Shown here: positions 49,480 through 58,785 of the stretch, in pieces | How positions within the stretch are numbered: the first letter of the stretch is position 1 | How the letters are laid out: the number at the start of each line of letters is the position of its first letter | Source: an uncultured Acidobacteriota bacterium | Lineage (GTDB): Bacteria > Acidobacteriota > Vicinamibacteria > Fen-336 | Assembly: GCA_963720545.1 (NCBI GenBank) | Contig: OY970399.1 | Span: forward strand, 3,968,001-4,032,000 | Direction of reading: 5' to 3' | Length of the DNA: 64,000 nucleotides | The notes under the pieces: generated by a model | Database searches by the model: none | What the model saw: only the letters and a program-made list of their open reading frames with translations | Told to the model about the DNA's origin: nothing | Position numbers and translations under genes: made by a program

Positions 49480-52319
49480 CGCAGTACGTCTATTTCTTCG
49501 GGGCCGGCAAGGCCGATGGCAACAAGGACATGAAGGACCTGCTCGGCGGCAAGGGCGCGGGGCTCGCGGAGATGACGAACGCCGGCCTGCCGGTGCCTCC
49601 CGGGTTTACCGTCGCGACGACCGCCTGCAATCTCTATCAGGAGAAGAAGGGCAACCTGCCGCCCGAGATCGACACGCAGATTGCCTCGGCCCTCGCCAAT
49701 CTCGAGAGGATCATGGGCAAGAAGCTCGGCGACGCCGCCGACCCGCTGCTGGTCTCGGTGCGCAGCGGCGCCAAGTTCTCGATGCCCGGCATGATGGACA
49801 CCATCCTCAACCTCGGTCTCAACGACGCTTCGGTGGAAGGCCTGAAGCGCAAGACCGGCAACGGCCGCTTCGCCAAGGACTCGTACCGGCGCTTCATCCA
49901 GATGTACGGCAACGTGGTGCTGAACATCGACAAGGACGTCTTCGAGCACGAACTGCACGAGGTGAAGAAGAAGAACGGCGTGAAGGCCGATCTCGACCTC
50001 GACGAGAAGGCCTTCGACACGGTGATCGCGCGCTTCAAGCAGGTGGTACAGCGCCAGACCGGCCGGGCGTTTCCGCAGGATCCGAAGCAACAGCTCACCG
50101 GCGCGCGCAACGCCGTGTTCGAGTCGTGGATGAATCCGCGCGCCATCACCTATCGCAAGCTCAATGACATCCCGCACAACCTCGGCACCGCGGTCAACGT
50201 CCAGAGCATGGTGTTCGGCAACATGGGCGACACCTCGGCGACGGGCGTCGGCTTCACCCGCAACCCCTCGACCGGCGCGCGCGAGTTCTACGGCGAGTTC
50301 CTGCAGAACGCGCAGGGCGAGGATGTGGTTGCCGGCATCCGCACGCCGCATCCCATCACCGACCTCGAGAAGGTGATGCCCGCCGCCTACAAGCAGCTGC
50401 GCGAGATCACCGCGCGGCTCGAGGCGCACTACAAGGACGTGCAGGACTTCGAGTTCACGATCGAGGACAACAAGCTCTACATGCTGCAGACGCGCAACGG
50501 CAAGCGCACCGGGATCGCGGCTGTGCACATCGCCGTGGACCTGGTGGACGAGGGCATCCTCACGCCCGCCGAGGCGCTCATGAAGGTGGAGCCGGCCGCC
50601 CTCGACCAGCTGCTGCACCCGGTGTTCGACCCGAAGGAGCGCGCCCGCGTGCCGGTGGTCGCGAGAGGCCTGCCCGCATCGCCCGGCGCCGCCACCGGCG
50701 CAACGGTGTTCACTGCCGACGACGCGGTCGCGTGGGCGGCCAAGGGCAAGCGTGTGGTGCTGGTGCGCATGGAGACGGTGCCCGACGACATCCACGGCAT
50801 GAGCACGGCGCAGGGCATCCTCACCGCCACCGGCGGCATGACTTCGCACGCCGCGGTCGTCGGCCGGCAGATGGGCAAGCCGTGTGTCGTCGGCTGCGGC
50901 GCGCTGCACATCGATGCCAAGCGCAAGACCCTGACGATCGGCAAGCGCGTGGTGCACGAGGGCGACCCGATCGCGATCGACGGCGCCACCGGCGACGTGA
51001 TGCTACAAGAGCTGCGCACCAGCCCCTCCGAAGTGATCCGCGTGGTCGAGGGCAAGCTGAAGCCGGCGGCGTCGACGCTCTACGGCAAGTTCGAGAGGCT
51101 GCTCGGCTGGGCCGACTCGGTGCGCCGGCTCGGCATTCGCGCCAACGCCGACGTGCCCAAGGACGCGAAGACCGCCTTCGCGTTCGGCGCGCGCGGCATC
51201 GGCTTGTGCCGCACCGAGCACATGTTCTTCGCCGAGGGACGGCTGCCGTACGTGGTCGAGATGATCCTTTCGGCGGCGCGCGGCCAGGCGGGCCTCGACG
51301 CGCTCGCTGCCGCGCAGGCGAAGCTCAAGGACAAGGACCAGCAGGGCGCGCACGCCGCGGCCACCCGCAAGGAGATCGCGCAGATCAAGAAGGAGCACGG
51401 CGCCGCCATCGCCGCCTACACTCGCGCCCTCGCCAAACTCCTGCCGATGCAGCGCAAGGACTTTGCAGGGCTGTTCCGCGAGATGCACGGCACCCCGGTC
51501 ACCATCCGCACTCTCGACCCGCCGCTGCACGAGTTCCTGCCGAAGCGCGAGGAGCTGATGGTGGAGCTCGCGACGCTGCGGGCCAAGGGCGAGAAGAAGA
51601 ACGCCCGCAGGATTGCAGCGAAGGAAAAGATGCTGCGCGCGGTCGAGGAACTCCACGAGTTCAACCCGATGCTCGGGCATCGCGGCTGCCGGCTCGGCGT
51701 GACCTACCCCGAGATCACCAAGATGCAGGCGCGCGCCATCTTCGAGGCGGCGGCCCAGGTGGCGAAAGAGGGCACGGCCGTCAAGCCCGAGATCATGATC
51801 CCGCTGGTCGGCCACGTCGAAGAGTTGAAGCGGCAGAAGGCACTGGTGCTGGAGCAGGCGCAGGCGGTGCTCGGCGGCGGCAAGTCGAAGGTCGAGTTCC
51901 TGGTGGGCACCATGATCGAGGTGCCGCGCGGCGCGCTCACCGCCGACGAGATCGCGAAGGAGGCCCAGTTCTTCTCCTTCGGCACCAACGACCTCACGCA
52001 GATGGGCTTCGGCCTGTCGCGCGACGACGCCGGCAAGTTCCTGAAGCACTACATCGACAACGGCATCCTCGAGCGCGACCCGTTCGTCACCATCGACAGC
52101 TCCGGCGTCGGCCAGCTCGTGACGATCGGCGTGCAAAAGGGCCGCGCCGCGGTGCCGGGGCTGAAGATCGGCGTGTGCGGCGAGCACGGCGGCGACCCCT
52201 CGTCCATTCGCTTCTTTCATGAAGCCGGGCTCGACTACGTGTCGTGCTCGCCGTACCGGGTGCCGATCGCCCGGCTGGCGGCGGCCCAGGCGCAGCTCGA
52301 GAAGCCCGTCTCGGACTAG
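49476..52319 (+). CDS. ppdK: Pyruvate phosphate dikinase
   Basis: LLGGKGA, SVRSGA..SMPGMMDT, GGMTSHAAVV, GIGLCRTEHMF, SFGTNDLTQ, CGEHGGDP. Confidence 0.98.
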   Translation: MTQYVYFFGAGKADGNKDMKDLLGGKGAGLAEMTNAGLPVPPGFTVATTACNLYQEKKGNLPPEIDTQIASALANLERIMGKKLGDAADPLLVSVRSGAKFSMPGMMDTILNLGLNDASVEGLKRKTGNGRFAKDSYRRFIQMYGNVVLNIDKDVFEHELHEVKKKNGVKADLDLDEKAFDTVIARFKQVVQRQTGRAFPQDPKQQLTGARNAVFESWMNPRAITYRKLNDIPHNLGTAVNVQSMVFGNMGDTSATGVGFTRNPSTGAREFYGEFLQNAQGEDVVAGIRTPHPITDLEKVMPAAYKQLREITARLEAHYKDVQDFEFTIEDNKLYMLQTRNGKRTGIAAVHIAVDLVDEGILTPAEALMKVEPAALDQLLHPVFDPKERARVPVVARGLPASPGAATGATVFTADDAVAWAAKGKRVVLVRMETVPDDIHGMSTAQGILTATGGMTSHAAVVGRQMGKPCVVGCGALHIDAKRKTLTIGKRVVHEGDPIAIDGATGDVMLQELRTSPSEVIRVVEGKLKPAASTLYGKFERLLGWADSVRRLGIRANADVPKDAKTAFAFGARGIGLCRTEHMFFAEGRLPYVVEMILSAARGQAGLDALAAAQAKLKDKDQQGAHAAATRKEIAQIKKEHGAAIAAYTRALAKLLPMQRKDFAGLFREMHGTPVTIRTLDPPLHEFLPKREELMVELATLRAKGEKKNARRIAAKEKMLRAVEELHEFNPMLGHRGCRLGVTYPEITKMQARAIFEAAAQVAKEGTAVKPEIMIPLVGHVEELKRQKALVLEQAQAVLGGGKSKVEFLVGTMIEVPRGALTADEIAKEAQFFSFGTNDLTQMGFGLSRDDAGKFLKHYIDNGILERDPFVTIDSSGVGQLVTIGVQKGRAAVPGLKIGVCGEHGGDPSSIRFFHEAGLDYVSCSPYRVPIARLAAAQAQLEKPVSD

Positions 52320-53290
52320 TGCCGCTCACGTACTTCCGCCGGCAGGGCGGCCGGACGGAGAAGTTCGACCACTTTCGCCCGGAGTACTTCACGCAGGCCG
52401 GGCCGGACGCGCTGCACTGGATCGACCTCGACGCGCCGACCGACGCCGAGGCGCAGCTGCTGCGCGACCCGTTCGCCTTCCATCCGCTCGCCATCGAGGA
52501 CTGCCTGCTCGAGGTCAACCAGCCGAAGATCGACGACTACGAAACGTACCTGTTCGCGATCGTCCACGGCGTGCGCTTCGACGCGCCGCTCGACACGTTC
52601 GAGACCCGCGAGCTCGACATCTTCCTGGGTCCCAACTACCTGATCACCCATCACGAAGGGCCGATGCGCTCGATCGCGTCGGCGCAGGCGATGTGCGAGA
52701 AGGAGTCGACCCCGCTCCTGCCCAAGGGTGCGCCGTTCCTGCTGCACCAGATCCTCGACCAGCTGTTCGAGCACTACTTTCCGAACCTCGACGCGATCGA
52801 GGAGCAGATCCAGGGTCTGCAGGCACGGGTCTTCAAGAACCCGGTGCCCGCCATCCTCGACCGGGTGTTCACCCTGAAGAACGACGTCCAGCAGCTGCGC
52901 CGGCTGTGCATGCCGCAGCGCGAGATCGTCTTGCGGCTGGCACAGGGCGACTTCAAGGTGATCGACCGGAAGGCGGCGCTCTACTTCCGCGACACCTACG
53001 ACCACCTGACGCAGATCGTCGACTCGTCGTACGCCTTCAACGACATGATCCAGTCGTGCCTCGACGCCTACCTGAGCGTCACCAACAACCGGCTGAACGA
53101 GACCATGAAGCGGCTGACCGTGATCAACGCCATGATCGCGCCGCTCACGGTGCTGACCGGCGTCTACGGGATGAACTTCGACCACCTGCCGGAGCTGCAC
53201 TGGCGGTACGGCTACTACCTGGTGCTGTTCCTGATGGTGCTGATTCCGCTCGGCCTCTACTACTGGTTCAGGCGCAAGGGCTGGATTTGA
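52319..53290 (+). CDS. corA: Magnesium/cobalt transporter CorA
   Basis: FHPLAIED, PKID, MKRLTVI, YGMNF, PELHWRYGY. Confidence 0.95.
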   Translation: MPLTYFRRQGGRTEKFDHFRPEYFTQAGPDALHWIDLDAPTDAEAQLLRDPFAFHPLAIEDCLLEVNQPKIDDYETYLFAIVHGVRFDAPLDTFETRELDIFLGPNYLITHHEGPMRSIASAQAMCEKESTPLLPKGAPFLLHQILDQLFEHYFPNLDAIEEQIQGLQARVFKNPVPAILDRVFTLKNDVQQLRRLCMPQREIVLRLAQGDFKVIDRKAALYFRDTYDHLTQIVDSSYAFNDMIQSCLDAYLSVTNNRLNETMKRLTVINAMIAPLTVLTGVYGMNFDHLPELHWRYGYYLVLFLMVLIPLGLYYWFRRKGWI

Positions 53291-55065
53291 GCGCCCGCGG
53301 CGTCGCGCGGCTCAGCGACGACCTGGTCAACAAGATCGCCGCCGGCGAGGTGGTCGAGCGCCCGGCGTCGGTGGTGAAGGAGCTGGTGGAGAACGCCCTC
53401 GACGCCGGCGCCGTGCGCGTCAGCGTGACGATCGACGACGGTGGCAAGAAGCTCATCAAGGTCGCGGACGACGGGTCGGGAATGGGGCGCGCCGACGCCG
53501 AGCTCGCGATCGAGCGGCACGCCACCTCGAAGCTCGCGAAGCTCGTGGAGTTGCAGGCGATCGCTACCCACGGCTTCCGCGGCGAGGCGCTGCCCTCGAT
53601 CGCGAGCGTCTCGCAGCTGCTGTTGCGCACCGCCGAGGCGCAGAGCAAAGGCGGCACCGAGATCGACGTGCGCCATGGCCGGCGCGAGCATGTTCGCGAC
53701 GCCGGCCATCCGCGCGGCACCACGGTAGAGGTGCGCGACCTGTTCGGCGCGGTCCCGGCGCGCCGCAAGTTCCTGCGCTCTTCCGCCACCGAGGCGGGCC
53801 ATGTGGCCGAGGCGGTGACGCTGCTGGCGCTGAGCCGGCCCGATGTGGGGTTCTTCCTCGACAGCGCCGGCCGGGAGCTGATCCGTGCCCCTGCGGTCGC
53901 AACGCTGCGCGAACGCGCCTTCCAACTGTTCGGTGCCGATTGGCTTGCAGGCGTCGTGCCGGTCGACTCGGGTCACGACTGGGTTTCGGTGCGCGGCTTC
54001 GTCTCGCGTCCCGACGGGCCCGTGAGCACGCGCGCCCGGCTGCGCATCTTCGTGAACGGCCGGGCGATTCGCGACCGCGGCCTGGCGAAGGCCGTTTCAG
54101 AGGGCTTCCGCGCCGCGGGCGCCGCCGCGCGGCTCGCCGAGGCTGTGTTGTTCGTCGCGGCGCCGCTGCACCTCGTGGACGTGAACGTGCATCCTGCCAA
54201 GGCGGAGGTCCGCTTCTCCGACCCCGGGCTCGTGTGGAAGGCGGTGATGCACGCCGTGCGGGACGGCCTGTCCCAGGGCGTGCGCGGCAACGCCCCGACG
54301 GTGTCGCTCGATGCGGCCGCCGCGCCTGTGGCGCCCGCTGCGGACGGCGACGGCAACTGGCGCGTGCGCGAGGCGGTCGAGGGTTATCTCGCCGCGGCCG
54401 CGACGCCACGGCAGCAGGGGCTTGCCGGCTTCAGCGCGCACGATGCAGTCGCGGATGCTCCGCGGCCAACGACCATTGTGCTCGGCCAGCACCGCGGCAC
54501 CTACATCGTCGCGACCGACGGCGACGAGATCCTCTTTTACGACCAGCACACCTCGCACGAGCGCGTGCGCTTCGAGGCGATCCTCGAGAGCCTCGCCCGT
54601 GGACGGGTGCCGTCGCAGCGGCTGTTGACGCCGCTCGTTGCCCCGGTGGCGCCGGGCCTGCTGCCGCTGCTCGAAGACGGCGAGCACGCCGCCGCGCTCG
54701 CGCAGCTTGGCTACGAGGCGGAACCCTTCGGTGGCGGCTCAGTGCGCATCGGCGCGGTGCCCGAGCTCGTCGCCGGCCGGGATCCGCTGCGGCAGCTGCT
54801 CAACCTGCTCGCCGACTTCCAGGAGCGCGAGCGCTCGGAGTGGCAGGTGAGCGGCCCGCAGCAGAGGCTCGCGGCCACGCTCGCTTGCCATTCGGCCGCC
54901 CGCGCCGGCGAAACGCTGTCGGCTGCGGCCATGCAGGCGATCGTGGACTCGCTGGCGCGCACGGCGCACCCGACCCTGTGCCCGCACGGCCGGCCGACGG
55001 TGGTGCGCGTGCCGGCCCACGAATTGACGCGCTGGTTCGAACGCGTCGGCTGGACGCGCCGTTGA
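53287..55065 (+). CDS. mutL: DNA mismatch repair endonuclease MutL
   Basis: KIAAGEVVERPASVVKELVENALDA, HATSK, GFRGEAL, DVNVHPAK, DQHTSHER, CPHGRP. Confidence 0.96.
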   Translation: MSARGVARLSDDLVNKIAAGEVVERPASVVKELVENALDAGAVRVSVTIDDGGKKLIKVADDGSGMGRADAELAIERHATSKLAKLVELQAIATHGFRGEALPSIASVSQLLLRTAEAQSKGGTEIDVRHGRREHVRDAGHPRGTTVEVRDLFGAVPARRKFLRSSATEAGHVAEAVTLLALSRPDVGFFLDSAGRELIRAPAVATLRERAFQLFGADWLAGVVPVDSGHDWVSVRGFVSRPDGPVSTRARLRIFVNGRAIRDRGLAKAVSEGFRAAGAAARLAEAVLFVAAPLHLVDVNVHPAKAEVRFSDPGLVWKAVMHAVRDGLSQGVRGNAPTVSLDAAAAPVAPAADGDGNWRVREAVEGYLAAAATPRQQGLAGFSAHDAVADAPRPTTIVLGQHRGTYIVATDGDEILFYDQHTSHERVRFEAILESLARGRVPSQRLLTPLVAPVAPGLLPLLEDGEHAAALAQLGYEAEPFGGGSVRIGAVPELVAGRDPLRQLLNLLADFQERERSEWQVSGPQQRLAATLACHSAARAGETLSAAAMQAIVDSLARTAHPTLCPHGRPTVVRVPAHELTRWFERVGWTRR

Positions 55066-55075
55066 CGCGGCGCCG

Positions 55076-55942
55076 CTACCGGCTGTTGGCGGCCGCGTAC
55101 TCGCGGTAGTCGGCGAGCACCCGCCACGAGATCGGCCCCGGCCGGCCGTCGCCGATGAGCGAGCCGTCAACGCTCACGACCGGCATCACTTCCTTGATGG
55201 AGCTCGTGAGGAAGGCCTCGTCGGCCGAGAGCAGGTCGTCGCTCGAGAGCGGGATCTCGCGCGCGTCGAAGCCGAGGCCTTCGGCCCGCGCCAGCACGAT
55301 CTCCCGCGTGATCCCCGGGAGGATGCCGGCGCTCAGGGGCGGAGTGAGCAGCCGGCCGTCGTTCACCACGAACAGGTTGGAGCTGGCGCCCTCGGCCAGC
55401 TGGCCGGCCGCGTTCAGGAGCAGCGCCTCGAGCGCGCCGCGCGCCTGTGCTTCGCGGATTGCGAGGATGTTGTTGATGAGGTTGCACGCCTTGATCGCCG
55501 GATCGAGCGCCGCGGGCGAGTTGCGGCGGACCGAGACGATGCTCACGGCGGCGCCGTCGTCGTAGCGCTCGGCCGGGATCTCTTCCAGGGTCTTCACGAT
55601 CATCACCACCGTCGGACCTGCGACCCGGTCGAACCGGTACGAGATGTCGCCGGTGCCCCGGCTCACGACGATGCGGATGTGCGCCTCGGCGTTGCCGGCC
55701 GCGCGCAGCACCTGGTCGAGGCGCGCGCTCAGCACCGCGTCGGACTCGGGAATGCCGAACGCGAGCCGCGCCGCGGAGCGGCGCAGCCGCGCCAGGTGCA
55801 GGTCGATGTGGAAGGGACGCCCGCCGTAGGTGCGCAAGGTCTCGTAGACGCCGTCGCCGTATACGAAGCCGTTGTCGAGGACGCTGACCCGGGCATCTGC
55901 GGTGGGTCCGATCCAGTCGTTTACCGCGGAATAGGATCCCAT
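55076..55942 (-). CDS. PLP-dependent class IV aminotransferase (IlvE/Dat/PabC-like)
   Basis: YGDGVYET, HLARL, IKACN, EGASSNLF, ILPGITR, ADEAFLTSS. Confidence 0.93.
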   Translation of the reverse strand: MGSYSAVNDWIGPTADARVSVLDNGFVYGDGVYETLRTYGGRPFHIDLHLARLRRSAARLAFGIPESDAVLSARLDQVLRAAGNAEAHIRIVVSRGTGDISYRFDRVAGPTVVMIVKTLEEIPAERYDDGAAVSIVSVRRNSPAALDPAIKACNLINNILAIREAQARGALEALLLNAAGQLAEGASSNLFVVNDGRLLTPPLSAGILPGITREIVLARAEGLGFDAREIPLSSDDLLSADEAFLTSSIKEVMPVVSVDGSLIGDGRPGPISWRVLADYREYAAANSR

Positions 55943-55959
55943 CGGCGAGAATCTAGCCC

Positions 55960-56760
55960 ATGACCCTGTTCCAATCGATCGTCCTTGGCATCCTCCAGGG
56001 GCTGGGGGAGTTCCTGCCGATCAGCAGCTCGGGCCACCTCATCGTGGTGCCGTGGCTCTTGCGCTGGCCAGAGCACAGCCTCGCCTTCGACGTGGCGCTC
56101 CATGGCGGCACGCTGGCCGCGGTGCTGTACGCCTTCGGCGGCGACTGGCTGTGGATGATCGGCGACTTCTTCAAGGGGCTGAGGCGAGCGCAGCCGTTCG
56201 CCGAGCCCGGCGGACGCCTGCTCGGGCTGTTGGCGCTCGCGTCGGTGCCGGCCGCCATTGCCGGCGCGCTGCTCGACGATTGGGCAGAGACCGTGTTCCG
56301 CTCGCCGCTGCTGGTCGCCGGCACCATGGCGGTCCTGGGGGTCATCCTGTTCGTTGCCGACCGCAGCGCCGGCGGCGCGCGCGCCGACCGCGTTTCTCTC
56401 GGGCATGCCCTCCTCATCGGCTGCGCTCAGGCTTTCGCGCTGGTGCCTGGGGTGTCGCGCTCGGGTTCCACGATCAGCGCTGCACTGTTCCTCGGCTATC
56501 GCCGGGACGAGGCGGCGCGCTTCAGCTTCCTGCTCGCGACACCCATCACGCTCGGCGCCCTGCTCAAGAAGCTGCCCGAGGTGATGGGCGCGCCGGGGTG
56601 GGGCATGGCGCTCGCAGGCATGGCGGCCGCGGCGCTCGTGGGCTTTGCCGCGATCCGCTTCCTGCTGGCTTACGTGCGCACCCGCGACTACACGCCGTTC
56701 GTGGTCTACCGCCTGCTGTTCGCCGCGGCGGTGGCGGCCCTCTGGTTCGCACGGCGTTAG
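55960..56760 (+). CDS. uppP: Undecaprenyl-diphosphate phosphatase
   Basis: QGLGEFLPISSSGH, PGVSRSGSTI, AARFSFLL, YR. Confidence 0.95.
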   Translation: MTLFQSIVLGILQGLGEFLPISSSGHLIVVPWLLRWPEHSLAFDVALHGGTLAAVLYAFGGDWLWMIGDFFKGLRRAQPFAEPGGRLLGLLALASVPAAIAGALLDDWAETVFRSPLLVAGTMAVLGVILFVADRSAGGARADRVSLGHALLIGCAQAFALVPGVSRSGSTISAALFLGYRRDEAARFSFLLATPITLGALLKKLPEVMGAPGWGMALAGMAAAALVGFAAIRFLLAYVRTRDYTPFVVYRLLFAAAVAALWFARR

Positions 56761-56776
56761 GCGGTAGATTCCGGAC

Positions 56777-58324
56777 ATGCTCGAGGTCCTCTCCGCCGAC
56801 GAAATGCGCGACGCCGACCGCCGCGCCATCGAAGTTCTCGGGATATCGAGCCTGACGCTGATGGAGAACGCCGGCGCCGCGGCGGCCGCCGTGGTGCGGC
56901 GGCGCTTCGGCGCGCCGCGCATCACCATCCTCTGCGGCAAGGGCAACAACGGCGGCGACGGGCTGGTGGTCGCGCGCCACCTCGCGGACCTGTCGCCGCA
57001 GGTGTTTCTCAGCACCAGCCGCGATGCGCTGTCGAAGGACGCGGCGATCAACGCCGCGCGGCTCGATTCCTGCGGCATCGGCGTCGTCGAAGTGGCGGGC
57101 GCCGAAGAATGGCTGCAGCTGCGCGCGTCGGCGCTCGATTGCGACGTGGTGGTCGATGCGCTGCTCGGCACCGGTTTCCACGGCGCCGTGGACGGGCTGC
57201 TGGGCGCGATGATCGAGGACCTGGGCCGGCGGCGTCCAGAGCGGCCGGCGGTGGTGGCGATCGACATCCCGTCGGGCGTCGCCGACAGCGGCGAGATCGA
57301 CGGTCCGGCGGTGCGCGCCGACATCACCGTAGCCTTCGCGCGCCCCAAGCGCGCGCACGCGTTTCCGCCAGGGTCACGCCAGGTGGGAGAGCTGCTGGTT
57401 GCCGACATCGGCATCCCGGCGCTCGCGTTCCAGACGAGCGGCGAGGCGCTCTTCCTCAGCGAGCCCAAAGACGCGGCCGCCGCGTGGCCGCCGCGCGCCC
57501 GCGACGCCCACAAGGGCGACTTCGGCCACCTGCTGGTCATCGGCGGCTCGTTCGGCAAGACCGGCGCCGCGGTGCTGAGCGCGCTGGGCGCGCTGCGCGC
57601 CGGCGCAGGTCTCGTCACTGTCGCCAGCACGCGCGCGTGCCTCGGCACGATCGCCGTGGGCGCACCGGAGATCATGACCGCGGCACTCAGCGGGGACGAT
57701 GCGCTCGCCGGCGGGCAGGAGGCTGTCGATGCCGCGCTGCAGCTTGCCGACGAGCGCGATGCGCTCGTCATCGGCCCCGGCTGCGGCCGCGATCCCGGAA
57801 CCGCGCGCGTGCTGCAGGAGTTCCTGCGCGCCTCCATGAAGCCGGCGGTCGTGGACGCCGACGCGCTCCATGCGCTCGGCGCCCTCGCAACCGGTATCGG
57901 CGAGCCGCGGCCCTGGATACTGACGCCGCACCCGGGGGAGGCCGGCCGGCTGCTCGGGGCGACGGCCTCGATGGTGATGGCGCGGCGGCTGGTGGCGGTG
58001 CGCGAGATCGCCCGCCGCTCGGGCGCCGTCACCGTGCTGAAGGGCGAGTGCACGCTCGTGGCCGATCCGCAGGGCCGCGTCACGGTCAACCCCACCGGCG
58101 GACCAGCGATGGCGAAGGGCGGAAGTGGCGACGTTCTCGCCGGCGTCGCCGGTGCCTTGCTGGCACGCGGCGCCGACCCCTGGATCGCAGCCACTGCTGC
58201 CGTCTACGCACACGGTGCGGCGGCCGACCGCTGCGCGCGCAGCCGCGGCCAGGAAGGCGTGCTCGCTTCCGAGATCGCTGCTGAGATCGGGCCGGTTGTG
58301 CGCGACTTGTGCGAGCTGCGTTGA
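56777..58324 (+). CDS. nnr: Bifunctional NAD(P)H-hydrate epimerase/dehydratase
   Basis: LMENAG, CGKGNNGGDG, DALLGTG, IDIPSG, HKGDFG, DADAL, TPHPGE, GGSGDVLAG. Confidence 0.95.
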   Translation: MLEVLSADEMRDADRRAIEVLGISSLTLMENAGAAAAAVVRRRFGAPRITILCGKGNNGGDGLVVARHLADLSPQVFLSTSRDALSKDAAINAARLDSCGIGVVEVAGAEEWLQLRASALDCDVVVDALLGTGFHGAVDGLLGAMIEDLGRRRPERPAVVAIDIPSGVADSGEIDGPAVRADITVAFARPKRAHAFPPGSRQVGELLVADIGIPALAFQTSGEALFLSEPKDAAAAWPPRARDAHKGDFGHLLVIGGSFGKTGAAVLSALGALRAGAGLVTVASTRACLGTIAVGAPEIMTAALSGDDALAGGQEAVDAALQLADERDALVIGPGCGRDPGTARVLQEFLRASMKPAVVDADALHALGALATGIGEPRPWILTPHPGEAGRLLGATASMVMARRLVAVREIARRSGAVTVLKGECTLVADPQGRVTVNPTGGPAMAKGGSGDVLAGVAGALLARGADPWIAATAAVYAHGAAADRCARSRGQEGVLASEIAAEIGPVVRDLCELR

Positions 58325-58785
58325 GCGTCGAGGCGCGCGCTCCCGTACGCGTCACAGAGCATCTCACGGCCAGCGAAGCCGAGACGGCGCGGCTCGCCGC
58401 CTCGCTCGCGTCTGCCTTTCGCGGCGGCGAGGTGCTGCTGCTGCATGGCGAGCTGGGCGCCGGCAAAACCGCGTTCGTGCGCGGCCTCGCGGTGGGACTG
58501 GGCGCCGACCCGGAAGACGTCGCAAGCCCGACGTTCGTGCTGCTCACGGCCTACAAGGGACGGCTGACGCTGCACCACGCAGACCTCTACCGCCTGCCGC
58601 AGCTCGGTGCCGGCGACGAGGCCGATCTCGGGCTCGAGGAACTGCCGGGCGGGAACGGGGTGCTCGCGGTCGAATGGGCCGAGCGGCTGCGCGCCCCGGC
58701 CTGGCCGGACCCCATCCGCGTGACCCTCGAACACTGCGGCGACAGCGCCCGCCGCATCGTCATCGAATGGCGCGGCGCCGCTTGA
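58321..58785 (+). CDS. tsaE: tRNA threonylcarbamoyladenosine biosynthesis ATPase TsaE
   Basis: GELGAGKT, VASPTF, HADLYRL, VEWAE; follows nnr. Confidence 0.95.
   Translation: MSVEARAPVRVTEHLTASEAETARLAASLASAFRGGEVLLLHGELGAGKTAFVRGLAVGLGADPEDVASPTFVLLTAYKGRLTLHHADLYRLPQLGAGDEADLGLEELPGGNGVLAVEWAERLRAPAWPDPIRVTLEHCGDSARRIVIEWRGAA

Noticed and set aside
52219..53286. 948-aa MutL with a long N-terminal extension (similar extensions on ORFs starting at 39533, 45077, 46116 and 58125)
   Set aside because: The extensions overlap other real genes or intergenic DNA; homology starts at the downstream start codons given in the features
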